Assembly: GCA_963666275.2 (NCBI GenBank) | Contig: CAXXOA010000001.1 | Coordinates: forward strand, 896,001 to 960,000 | Direction of reading: 5' to 3' | Length of the DNA stretch: 64,000 bases | Origin: Oceanispirochaeta sp. | GTDB taxonomy: Bacteria > Spirochaetota > Spirochaetia > DSM-2461 | Shown: one piece after another, positions 48,803 through 57,824 of the stretch | Layout of the letters: each line of letters opens with the position of its first letter | How positions within the stretch are numbered: position 1 is the stretch's first letter | Program-made: the position numbers and the translations under genes | The notes under the pieces: model-generated | What the model saw: the letters and a program-made list of their open reading frames with translations, nothing else | Told to the model about the DNA's origin: nothing | Database searches by the model: none

Positions 48803-48835
48803 AACCCTGTCTGAAGCCTCAGGCGGGGTTTTTTT
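48803..48835 (+). terminator. Intrinsic terminator
   Basis: aaccctgtctga-agcc-tcaggcggggtt followed by T-run. Confidence 0.7.
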
Positions 48836-48951
48836 GGTTTTCTCAGAAATTGAGAATTTAAGTATATGGACAATGATGGACAATAGAAGACATAATGAGT
48901 CTATAATAGAAATTTATTCGATAAAAACTCCCTTCCGGGGGAGATAATGAG

Positions 48952-49419
48952 GTGCCTATGAATCTGAGTAAAGTGATTGCCCCTGAGTGCTGTATTTCCC
49001 TGACCGAGAGCAGTAAGACTGAAGTCCTGATAGAACTGATGGAAAAGATTGCCCTTTCGGGGTTCGTTGAAGACCTGGAGTCTCTTAAAAAAGAGATCTT
49101 CTACAGGGAACAGCTGATGAGTACCGGTATCGGTATGGGGATCGGAATCCCCCATGTCCGCTTTAAAGGAATCAAAAATCCTGTGGTGGCAGTGGGAATC
49201 AGACCCGAAGGGATCAAAGACTATGAAAGTATAGACAAAGAAGATGTGAAAATCGTCTTTATGATCCTTGTGGGAGAAGATCAGCACAAAGAGCATATCC
49301 GCCTTCTGTCCCAGATCATGGAAAAACTGAAGAGTCCCGAAGATCGGCAGACCCTTTCAGGATTGACGGATTCACAGAAAATCTACAGCTTTCTGACCGG
49401 CGGAGAGTCTCATGAGTGA
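48952..49419 (+). CDS. PTS EIIA (Ntr/fructose-type) protein
   Basis: REQLMSTGIGMGIGIPH phospho-His motif. Confidence 0.9.
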   Translation: MPMNLSKVIAPECCISLTESSKTEVLIELMEKIALSGFVEDLESLKKEIFYREQLMSTGIGMGIGIPHVRFKGIKNPVVAVGIRPEGIKDYESIDKEDVKIVFMILVGEDQHKEHIRLLSQIMEKLKSPEDRQTLSGLTDSQKIYSFLTGGESHE

Positions 49420-51073
49420 GTTGGTTTCAGGTCATCTGAACATCCTGCTTCTTCTGGGGGTCGTGCTCTCTCTGGGGACTTTGGGGGGACGGTTTTTTCA
49501 GTTCCTTAAAATTCCCCAGGTGGTAGGCTATATCATCATCGGTATTTTTCTGGGCCAGTCCGGACTGAAACTTGTCAATACCGATACGGTTGCCAACCTG
49601 AAATACTTCAGCTCCTTCGCCCTGGCAATTATCGGTTTTCTTATCGGGGGAGAACTGAAAATCCAGGTTATCAAAAAGTATGGAAAACAGTTTACCTGGA
49701 TCCTGTTTCTGGAGGCCATCACCGCCTTTGTGGTGGTGTCTCTTCTGGTGACACTGGTGGGACTCCTCCTTTTCAGGGATGTGAACCTGGCAGTTTCTCT
49801 GGGGCTCCTTCTCGGCGCCATCTCCTCGGCTACCGCACCGGCGGCGACGACGGATGTGCTGTGGGAGAATAAAACCCGGGGCCCTCTGACAACAACCGTT
49901 CTGGGACTGGTTGCCATGGACGACGGTGTTGCCCTTCTGCTGTTTGCGATTGCCACAAGTGTGGCCGGGGCCCTGACGGGAGAGGTCACAACCGGATTCG
50001 GTCTGAGTATTCTCCATCTTGTATACGAGGTGGGTGTGGCCATCATCCTGGGTTCCCTGGTGGGCTGGGGCCTTTCCAAGCTGATCAGAGGATATCTGGA
50101 AGAGGACAAAATCCTTGTGTTCTCAATCGGAGCGATCCTGCTGATTATCGGTCTGACCCAGATCCTGGAACTGGATATGATTCTCAGTGCCATGTCCATG
50201 GGATTTTTCATGTCCAACTTCGCTCCCCGTAGGAGTAAAGTCCTCTTTACTCTGGTAGAAAAATTCGCCCCTCCCATCTATGTGCTGTTTTTCGTACTGG
50301 TAGGAGCCAAGCTGAATATCTGGGCCATAACGGGAATTGTCGCCGTTCTGGCATCGGTTTTTCTGGTGGGAAGAACCTCCGGGAAATTCCTGGGGGCCTT
50401 TCTGGGGGCAAAAATCTCTCAGGCTCCCGAAACAGTCAGAAAGTATCTTCCTTTCTGCCTGCTCAGCCAGGCCGGTGTGGCTGTGGGACTTTCCATAGTG
50501 GCCGGTCAGACTTTTCAGGGAGAACTGGGCAATATCATTGTCATGGTCGTAACCACTTCCACTTTCATTGTACAGCTGGCGGGACCTCCCTTTGTCAAAT
50601 ACGCGGTTGGGAAAGCCGGGGAAGTGGGGCTGAATATTACCGAGGAGGATCTGATCCAGAAAAGCCGGGCCGGCGATATGATGCATCCAGTTCCCCCCAT
50701 CCGGGAAGATCAGCCTGTGACAGAGATCCTTTCCCATTTCAGTAAGTACGAAAACCTGATCTATCCTGTTGTGGACCGGGATAACAAGCTCATCGGAGTG
50801 ATTACCATCGATCATCTCAAAGATACCTTTATGGCTTCCCAGCTTTCCGGATTCCTCCTGGCTCATGATATTTCCATACCCGTACCGGATGCCTGCCGAA
50901 TGGATACCCCTGCTGAGGAGGTGTATCTGCTTATGAAAAAACACAATCTGGATTACATGCCTGTGACGGATGAAAATAACCAGGCTGTGGGGGTCGTGGA
51001 GAAACGAATTGCCCAGAAGCTCTTCTCTCTGAGAATTCTGGAACTCCGGCAGAAAGCCGAGGCCCTGGGGTAG
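49412..51073 (+). CDS. Cation:proton antiporter (CPA2-like) with C-terminal CBS pair
   Basis: IPQVVGY, ATAPAAT, VAMDD, FFVLVGA, QAGVAVGL; YPVVD/MPVTD CBS. Confidence 0.88.
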   Translation: MSELVSGHLNILLLLGVVLSLGTLGGRFFQFLKIPQVVGYIIIGIFLGQSGLKLVNTDTVANLKYFSSFALAIIGFLIGGELKIQVIKKYGKQFTWILFLEAITAFVVVSLLVTLVGLLLFRDVNLAVSLGLLLGAISSATAPAATTDVLWENKTRGPLTTTVLGLVAMDDGVALLLFAIATSVAGALTGEVTTGFGLSILHLVYEVGVAIILGSLVGWGLSKLIRGYLEEDKILVFSIGAILLIIGLTQILELDMILSAMSMGFFMSNFAPRRSKVLFTLVEKFAPPIYVLFFVLVGAKLNIWAITGIVAVLASVFLVGRTSGKFLGAFLGAKISQAPETVRKYLPFCLLSQAGVAVGLSIVAGQTFQGELGNIIVMVVTTSTFIVQLAGPPFVKYAVGKAGEVGLNITEEDLIQKSRAGDMMHPVPPIREDQPVTEILSHFSKYENLIYPVVDRDNKLIGVITIDHLKDTFMASQLSGFLLAHDISIPVPDACRMDTPAEEVYLLMKKHNLDYMPVTDENNQAVGVVEKRIAQKLFSLRILELRQKAEALG

Positions 51074-51075
51074 GT

Positions 51076-51849
51076 ATGGAGAATACAGATACAATAGACG
51101 CCCTGCTTAAAAAAAAGGGCCTCTCCGAAAAGGACCTGGCGGATTTCCTGGCTCAGAGAGGCTGGGGATGTGAGCATCCCTCTACCTGGCGGATCGATCT
51201 GGAACAGGACTTTCTGACCCTCTGGAAAAAAGTCTCTCCCTTTACCATGATTTCCATGGAGAGAGGATACGCTGTCTATCAGGCGGTCCATCACATTCTG
51301 GACCGGGATCTGCCCGGAGACTTTGTTGAGTGCGGAGTCTGGAAGGGGGGAACCTGCATGCTCATGGCTCTGGCGTTGAAGGAGAGAGCTGTTTCCGACC
51401 GGAATATCTGGCTCTATGATACCTTTGAAGGAATGACCGAACCGGGGCCGGAAGACAGAATCGCTTCTTCCGGTCAGGCTGTCTCTGAACGCTGGCAGGA
51501 AGGCTGGTGGGCCGTGGGAATGGAAGAGGTCAGACGGAATCTGCTCTCTACAGGATTTCCAGAGGAGAAGATCCGTCTGGTACCCGGTGATGTGTGCAAA
51601 ACACTATCCGAGACAGCGCCCCAAGAGATTTCTCTCCTGCGCCTGGATACGGACTGGTATGAGTCAACCAGAGCGGAACTTGAAGTCCTCTATCCCCGTC
51701 TGGTGGGCCGGGGGGTGCTTATCATTGATGATTACGGACACTTCAGCGGATCCAGGCAGGCGGTGGATGAGTATTTCACCGGGCGCCGGGATGCACCTCT
51801 TCTTCAGAGAAGTGACTATACCGGCAGGCTGGGTGTCAAAATAGACTGA
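51076..51849 (+). CDS. TylF/MycF-family O-methyltransferase
   Basis: GDFVECGVWKGG, YDTFEGM, LRLDTDWYEST, IDDYG. Confidence 0.9.
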   Translation: MENTDTIDALLKKKGLSEKDLADFLAQRGWGCEHPSTWRIDLEQDFLTLWKKVSPFTMISMERGYAVYQAVHHILDRDLPGDFVECGVWKGGTCMLMALALKERAVSDRNIWLYDTFEGMTEPGPEDRIASSGQAVSERWQEGWWAVGMEEVRRNLLSTGFPEEKIRLVPGDVCKTLSETAPQEISLLRLDTDWYESTRAELEVLYPRLVGRGVLIIDDYGHFSGSRQAVDEYFTGRRDAPLLQRSDYTGRLGVKID

Positions 51850-51857
51850 CAGGGCTT

Positions 51858-52979
51858 TCAGAATGCCAGGCTGTGGCGGTAGTGGAACAGGAGATCCAGA
51901 AAATCCCTGTTCTGCAGCGGATTCTCTTTGAAGTAGAATAGATGGGAATCGCAGCGGCAGTCGCTGCAGCCGAAACCCGGGATGATCCTGTCGGACAGCT
52001 TTTTCAGGTCCTCCGCCAGGGGGCATTCCAGATCTTTCTCCGTATAAACGGGAAAATCCTTCACCTTTACCGCAGAAGCCAGGAGATAGTCTATATGCCA
52101 TCTCTTCTTTTTCCGTTTTCTCATATGCCTGGCCACTCGGGATTTCAGATTCCTGGCGGCTGATCCCGCATAGATGTAGAATCCCCTCTGAAAGTTCATC
52201 TCCCCCAGGCTTCCCACTGTAATGGACTCTTCCTCCAGTTCGGCCATTATCATATAGATGCCGCTGTTCTCCTCCGCGGCCCTGTGAAGATCGGTCATAA
52301 CCGGGATCTCCGTAGAAATCAGAGAGAGCTCTCCCTCGGCGGTGCATGTGGTGCTGACACCATGGAAGTGCACATAGGGGGACACCTCATGAACGGTCCT
52401 GGCAAAGACAGGATCTGTATGCAGATTGGGAATAAAGGTTCTGGTTTCCCGGTTCATAATGACAAAAACCACATGGCACTCCCGGGAGGGATCCGTAGCG
52501 GCTATCTCGGCCAGCTCCTTCAGATGCCGGGAGGCTCTGTCCGACGGAGCATCGGGAAACATGGCGACCCCTTCTTCGATAAGGGTACAGGCTTTGACCT
52601 CCATGAAGATCTCTTTACCTCCCAGACGGAAATGCCAGTCAAACCGGGAGTTTCCCCATCGGTATTCAGCTTTTATCTCTTCTGCCTCGGGAAAAAGACG
52701 GGGTATGATCAGTTCTCCTGTGACGCTATTGGCCCTGGCAGAGAAAAGGGACACGGTCTGCCCCTTGTATACGGCGGCCGCCAGTGTCCAGGCTGTTTTC
52801 CTTTCAGGATCTTTTCCTTTTTCCAGGATCATGGTGCGTCCCGGATTCATAAGTTCGATAAGCCTGCCGGGATTGGGGCAGTGAGCCCTGACCGGACCTT
52901 CGGGCAGCTGGACGTTGACTATAAAGCGGTTGGGACGGTCAATCAGAGTCCCTACGGCATCGGGTGTGAATATTTTCAA
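51858..52979 (-). CDS. sfsA: SfsA nuclease fused to DUF123/GIY-YIG domain
   Basis: RPNRF, HCPNPGRL, SRFD..EVK, FPDAPS; GIY..YIYAGSA..WHIDYL..GFGCSDCRCDSHL; likely TTG start 52979. Confidence 0.87.
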   Translation of the reverse strand: MKIFTPDAVGTLIDRPNRFIVNVQLPEGPVRAHCPNPGRLIELMNPGRTMILEKGKDPERKTAWTLAAAVYKGQTVSLFSARANSVTGELIIPRLFPEAEEIKAEYRWGNSRFDWHFRLGGKEIFMEVKACTLIEEGVAMFPDAPSDRASRHLKELAEIAATDPSRECHVVFVIMNRETRTFIPNLHTDPVFARTVHEVSPYVHFHGVSTTCTAEGELSLISTEIPVMTDLHRAAEENSGIYMIMAELEEESITVGSLGEMNFQRGFYIYAGSAARNLKSRVARHMRKRKKKRWHIDYLLASAVKVKDFPVYTEKDLECPLAEDLKKLSDRIIPGFGCSDCRCDSHLFYFKENPLQNRDFLDLLFHYRHSLAF

Positions 52980-53521
52980 GGTGTTTCTTCCAGGAGTTCC
53001 CTGATGGTCCGTAGGATCAGGGGATTGTCCCATGAGGCACTGTCCTTTATAACAGCAGCCACACGTCCCTTCGCGTCTATCAGGTAGGAGGCGGGGATTC
53101 CCTTGAGATTATAGGCTCCCAGATAGGTGTCATCGGGAAAGTAGTACACCGGGAGTTCCAGTTCCATATTCCGAAGGAACTCCTGCACATAGGAGATCTC
53201 TTCATTCATATTGACGGCACGGATTTTAAGACCTTCAGAATCGAGGATCCGGTGAAGCCGCTGAAGAGAGGGCAGTTCGGCCCGGCAGGGAGGGCACCAG
53301 GTCGTCCAGAAGGTGATGAGAGTCACAAGTCCCTTTTCTGGCAGAATCTCTCTGTTCTTCCCTGTCTCATCGGTGACCAGGATCTCAGGAGCCGCGGTCC
53401 TTTCTGCGGGTACGGTAAACCCCAGCTGTTTCAGCCGGCTGACATCCGCTTCGGCCGTTATCAGGGCAGAGTGCGTCAGTAAAAAAAGAAGAATCATCCG
53501 GAAAATCCAGTTTCTTTTCAT
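52976..53521 (-). CDS. TlpA/ResA-like thioredoxin
   Basis: FWTTWCPPCRAELP, GIP; signal peptide. Confidence 0.9.
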   Translation of the reverse strand: MKRNWIFRMILLFLLTHSALITAEADVSRLKQLGFTVPAERTAAPEILVTDETGKNREILPEKGLVTLITFWTTWCPPCRAELPSLQRLHRILDSEGLKIRAVNMNEEISYVQEFLRNMELELPVYYFPDDTYLGAYNLKGIPASYLIDAKGRVAAVIKDSASWDNPLILRTIRELLEETP

Positions 53522-54195
53522 GGAAATTGTCCCCCGCTCAGATAGTTTATCAGTATTAGCAGAAAGTTGAAAAGCCCGTGGGCCATGATAAGAGAAATCA
53601 GAGAACTTCCCCGTTTGACAGCCAGGGTCAGAAACAGACCGGCTGTGAAGGAGAACAGCAGAGCGGGGACACCTTCATAGGCATGCCCGGCTGCGAAAAT
53701 CAGGCTCATATAAAACATGGATTTTCCCGGAGGGGTTCCGTTCTGTCTGAGCCTGGCATAGCCGTAGAAACGGAAGAACACCTCTTCCTGGGCCGCGCTG
53801 AACAGGCAGGTCAGGGCCGTGGGGACCAGCATGAAGCCTTTTGTAAGGAGCTGCTGGCTGTCGGGAGAGGAGAAAGGGGAGAGTATCCCTGTTACGAATC
53901 CGTAGAGGAGTATCAGCCCTCCCAGAAGGATCAGGAATTCTCTGATCCGGGGCTTTTCTCCCGTCCGGGACATTTCTTCCGGAAGTGCCTGCTGGGGCCC
54001 ATCCATCATATAGAGCACAAAAAATGTGTAGACCAGGGACATCAGGATCATCTGTATATGAAGGACAGGGGAGTCAAAATAGCCCGACTGCATCGGCCCT
54101 GTCTGATTCAGATAGGCCGGCAGGTAAAGGATAATAAAAAGAAGGGGAAATTCCGCCTGAAAAGGGATACTGAAGCTTTTTCCGGTTAGTCTCAT
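53518..54195 (-). CDS. CPBP (CAAX/Abi) intramembrane metalloprotease
   Basis: EEVFFR, FAAGH, AHGLFN. Confidence 0.85.
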   Translation of the reverse strand: MRLTGKSFSIPFQAEFPLLFIILYLPAYLNQTGPMQSGYFDSPVLHIQMILMSLVYTFFVLYMMDGPQQALPEEMSRTGEKPRIREFLILLGGLILLYGFVTGILSPFSSPDSQQLLTKGFMLVPTALTCLFSAAQEEVFFRFYGYARLRQNGTPPGKSMFYMSLIFAAGHAYEGVPALLFSFTAGLFLTLAVKRGSSLISLIMAHGLFNFLLILINYLSGGQFP

Positions 54196-54348
54196 ACTCT
54201 CTTTTTAACTGTTTTCCCCCTTTCCTCCTATCCCCGGCGGAAAAAAAATCGAAAAGTGATCGGGAAAATTGGAAAAATAGAATAAAAGGGGCAAATTGAT
54301 TATTATTTGCCCTTATGGCATTATCTGCCGAAGATAGAAGTAATATAA

Positions 54349-55530
54349 ATGAGTATTTTCAGTGTTCTCCTTATAGTTTTTATTCTCATCTCTGCGGTCC
54401 CTCTCTTTCTGGCCCTCCGGAATGGATTCCGGAATTTCAACTGGGTTGAATTCTATTCCATGGGGAAAGATGCGGGTTTCAGTTTTAAAGAGATAAGCCT
54501 TTTACGGAAGACCGCTGTGATCAATAAGCATCAGAAACCATCCTCCCTCTTCTGGTCTCTGGATGTTCTGGATAAAGCTATCGCGGGAATCCATAAAAAG
54601 AAAGATGCCGAATCAGATGCCATGGAAAAGGAGTATCTCGAATACCTCCTTAAAAAAATATACAACTACCGGAAAAAGGTGGAATTTCAGAAACCCCGTT
54701 ACAATCGCGGACTGGACAACACCTGGGAAATTCCGCTCAATCAGGTTCTCAAGCTTAAAGTGGAGATGGTCGGAGTCTATGAGTGTTCGGTCATTGAAAA
54801 CAACAGAACCTATCTCCTTGTCACCTATCCCAAAGGCCCGCCTCTTCCTGTGGGTTTCAGCTGGCGTGACAGGACTCTGAATGTCTATTTCTGGAAAAAA
54901 GAAGATGCCGGTTACTTTTTTCAGGCCAAAATACTGGAAGGGTATCCGGACCGGGACTTCAAGACTCTCCGAATGACCCATTCGGATGTAGTTCTGAGGA
55001 GCCAGAAGAGAAAATCCGTCAGAACTCCCTGTGAGATTCCTGCACAGCTCTATCCTGTCAGAAGTGTACATACAGCTACTATCATCCCCGAATCCAAACC
55101 GGGACTCCGCTGCATCCTCAAGGATATCTCCGAGGACGGGGCTTCCGTACTGATCGGAGGACGGGGTGAAAAAAATATGAGTCTGAAAATTCAGTTCACA
55201 CTCTATGACAAACCGGTGGTCATGAGGGGCGTTGTCAGGACTATCGATTATGACGGGTCCAAAAATCTCTCTCTTCTTCATATTCAGGCTGTGGAGCCTG
55301 ATGAAGAGTCCAGATATCTTATCCTCTCTCTTGTCTACAATATCTTCCGGGATGACAAGAAAAATACCGAAGCCGGAGAAACGGCAGTCCTTGCGGAGGA
55401 GCCCATTTCCGGCACTTCCGCAGATGCGGACAGTTCATCGGAACAGCAGGAGGGGGAGGATCCCGAGAATCTGGAGACTCTGGAAGCTCTGGAAGAAGAT
55501 CTGCCTTTCTTTGAATCGGATAACGAATAA
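54349..55530 (+). CDS. PilZ-domain (flagellar brake-like) c-di-GMP effector
   Basis: QKRKSVR (RxxxR) and DISEDG (DxSxxG); N-terminal TM; acidic tail. Confidence 0.85.
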   Translation: MSIFSVLLIVFILISAVPLFLALRNGFRNFNWVEFYSMGKDAGFSFKEISLLRKTAVINKHQKPSSLFWSLDVLDKAIAGIHKKKDAESDAMEKEYLEYLLKKIYNYRKKVEFQKPRYNRGLDNTWEIPLNQVLKLKVEMVGVYECSVIENNRTYLLVTYPKGPPLPVGFSWRDRTLNVYFWKKEDAGYFFQAKILEGYPDRDFKTLRMTHSDVVLRSQKRKSVRTPCEIPAQLYPVRSVHTATIIPESKPGLRCILKDISEDGASVLIGGRGEKNMSLKIQFTLYDKPVVMRGVVRTIDYDGSKNLSLLHIQAVEPDEESRYLILSLVYNIFRDDKKNTEAGETAVLAEEPISGTSADADSSSEQQEGEDPENLETLEALEEDLPFFESDNE

Positions 55531-55648
55531 TAGTAGTAGGTTTCCTTTACTTTTTCTCCCAATCATATTAACTTTGATTTCATGTCCGGCAACAGTTTTG
55601 CCTTATTACTTAAAGTTTGAAAAATCATGAATTAGGAGAATAGAATCG

Positions 55649-56530
55649 ATGTTGAAATCCCTGAAAATTTTATGGATTATACCTGCGGCGCTATTTCTTT
55701 ACAGCTGTGCTTCTGCTCCGGAAGAACCTGTTGAAGACTCTTTGGACAGCGGAATGGCTGCCCAGGAGAAAGCGGAACCTGAAAAGGAACTTACCTGGGT
55801 CTCTGTTACAGAAGAGGAATATTTTGTTTCTCAGGAGACCATTAAATACGGAGACGGATTTGTTGACGGCTATCGTCTGTACGAATACGACGACAATGGA
55901 CGTCTTCTGAAAAAATCCCAGATCGGTTCTGACGAGTCCGTTATTTCCGAGGAAATTTTCTTTTACGAAAACGGACTTCTCATAAACAGCGAATTCTATT
56001 CGGGAAATGAGATGATTTCCCAGTCAAGCTACTCCTATGATAAAGATAACAATCTGGTGGAAGAGTCTTTTATGAACCCCAAAGGGGAGCTGCAGGGTGT
56101 CTCTTCCTATGAATACGACAGCCGTGGCCGCCGGATCAAATGGATTTCCGGCGACAGCGGAGGCATTCCCATGATGTATACCGAATACGAGTACAATGAT
56201 GACCAGATTGTGAGAATGAGCTATTTCCTTCCCACCGGGGAGATGGAAGGCTATACCCAGCTGAGCTACGGTGATGAGGGAGTTCTCGAGGAAGCCACCT
56301 ATTCGGCTGCTTCCAAACTGGAAAAAAAGACTGAATATGTTTACAGGGACGGGACACTTGCCCAGGCCCTGTTCTACTACGGAAAGAATCTTTCCCGGAC
56401 CATTGAGTATGAATACGACAATAACGGGAATGTGAGTACAATGACAACACTGAACAGAAACGGAGATATCACAGATATTGTTGAGAAAGAGTATCTTGTC
56501 ATACCCGTGACCAGACAGGTTCTGCAGTAA
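55649..56530 (+). CDS. Lipoprotein with YD-like beta repeats
   Basis: Lipobox LYSC; repeated YEYDxxG. Confidence 0.75.
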   Translation: MLKSLKILWIIPAALFLYSCASAPEEPVEDSLDSGMAAQEKAEPEKELTWVSVTEEEYFVSQETIKYGDGFVDGYRLYEYDDNGRLLKKSQIGSDESVISEEIFFYENGLLINSEFYSGNEMISQSSYSYDKDNNLVEESFMNPKGELQGVSSYEYDSRGRRIKWISGDSGGIPMMYTEYEYNDDQIVRMSYFLPTGEMEGYTQLSYGDEGVLEEATYSAASKLEKKTEYVYRDGTLAQALFYYGKNLSRTIEYEYDNNGNVSTMTTLNRNGDITDIVEKEYLVIPVTRQVLQ

Positions 56531-56543
56531 AGGAGGGCCGGTA

Positions 56544-57725
56544 ATGAGGAATAAATATCGCTTATTGTTAATAGGTCTTCTTGTCATCACGGCAGGATCC
56601 CTTTTTGCTACAGACCAGGCGGAAGTCTGGTCCCGGCTGTATCGGAGATCCATATCGTTTGAACAGAAAAAGATGGTTATGACCAACATTGTAAAAATGG
56701 ATGACCGGGCTCTGGAACCAGTTCTTATCGAAGCACTGGAAGAGATGAACGGAGATATTCAGAAGTTCAGCGGGAACATTGCCCTTATGGTGCAATGGAC
56801 CGAAATGACAAGAATGATTGTGAAAAAACTGGGTGAACTGAAGACATTGGATGCGGAGGATCAGATCTATTTCGTGGTCACTCATTCGGAAGATCCCTAT
56901 CTTATTGCTGATTCTCTGATTGCTCTGGGGAACATAAGGGCTGTGAAATACGCTGAGAATATTTCAACCATGCTGAGAAATCTCAACTTCAATACCCAGC
57001 AGACAAACAGGGACAATGCGGAGATTCAGGCTTACGGGGCTGTGATGGCTCTGATGAAAATGAGGGAACCCATCGGTTTCGAACAGGCTTTCTATGCCTA
57101 TATCGGATGGTATTCCAAGAGAACAAAAGACCTGGCTCAGGAAGCTCTCAAGTATATTACAGACGATCCTACCGAACCGATCATGGCCATTATGAAAGAA
57201 GCGGACTACAAGACGAAGAAAACAGCCCTTATGGTTGAAAAAGAGTCTTCCGCTCCGGCAGACAGTAAAACCCGAGTCGCCGTACTGGCGCTGGAGGAAG
57301 GTCTCCGGTATCAGACTTCCGACCGTATCGAACAGGATGAACTTTCAAAACTCCGTATAGAAGCAATGAAAATCCTGATTGAAAATGAAGCCGATGATGA
57401 TGCGGCGGTGCCCTTCCTGAAAGAGATCTTCAGAAGGAAAACCGATCTGAATGAGTCCCTTTATTCCCTCTATGCCCTGGGGGTTATCGGGTCTGACGCG
57501 GCTGTGAAAATCCTCGTGGACAACCTGGAAATGTACAACCATCGTCAGCAGGATGAAATTGTAGCTACCAGAGATGAGCTGGAATATATCAAGCAGATTA
57601 TCAAATCTATCGGTATGTCGGGAAATCCCCTGGGAATGGGAGTCCTGACGGAAGTCCAGTTTTCAAACTATACTCCCGCTATCAACAGACTGGCAAAAGA
57701 GGCCTCAGGCGCCCTGGGCAACTGA
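56544..57725 (+). CDS. Secreted HEAT-repeat protein
   Basis: Signal peptide; helical LGELK/ALGNI/ALGVIG repeats. Confidence 0.7.
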   Translation: MRNKYRLLLIGLLVITAGSLFATDQAEVWSRLYRRSISFEQKKMVMTNIVKMDDRALEPVLIEALEEMNGDIQKFSGNIALMVQWTEMTRMIVKKLGELKTLDAEDQIYFVVTHSEDPYLIADSLIALGNIRAVKYAENISTMLRNLNFNTQQTNRDNAEIQAYGAVMALMKMREPIGFEQAFYAYIGWYSKRTKDLAQEALKYITDDPTEPIMAIMKEADYKTKKTALMVEKESSAPADSKTRVAVLALEEGLRYQTSDRIEQDELSKLRIEAMKILIENEADDDAAVPFLKEIFRRKTDLNESLYSLYALGVIGSDAAVKILVDNLEMYNHRQQDEIVATRDELEYIKQIIKSIGMSGNPLGMGVLTEVQFSNYTPAINRLAKEASGALGN

Positions 57726-57752
57726 TCCCTTTCAATTTGCCTTTTGAAATAT

Positions 57753-57781
57753 ACCGTTCCTCCCGGGGAACGGTTTTTTTT
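57753..57781 (+). terminator. Intrinsic terminator
   Basis: accgttcc-tcccg-gggaacggt then T-run. Confidence 0.75.
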
Positions 57782-57824
57782 ATCCTTTTTGAAGCACCCT
57801 TTTTCCGCTGTCCGTAAAGGGGTT

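Noticed and set aside
53518..54195. Abortive-infection defence gene
   Set aside because: The Abi/CPBP family name is historical; context is housekeeping
55649..56530. Rhs toxin
   Set aside because: Too short; no PxxxxDPxG core motif or toxin domain
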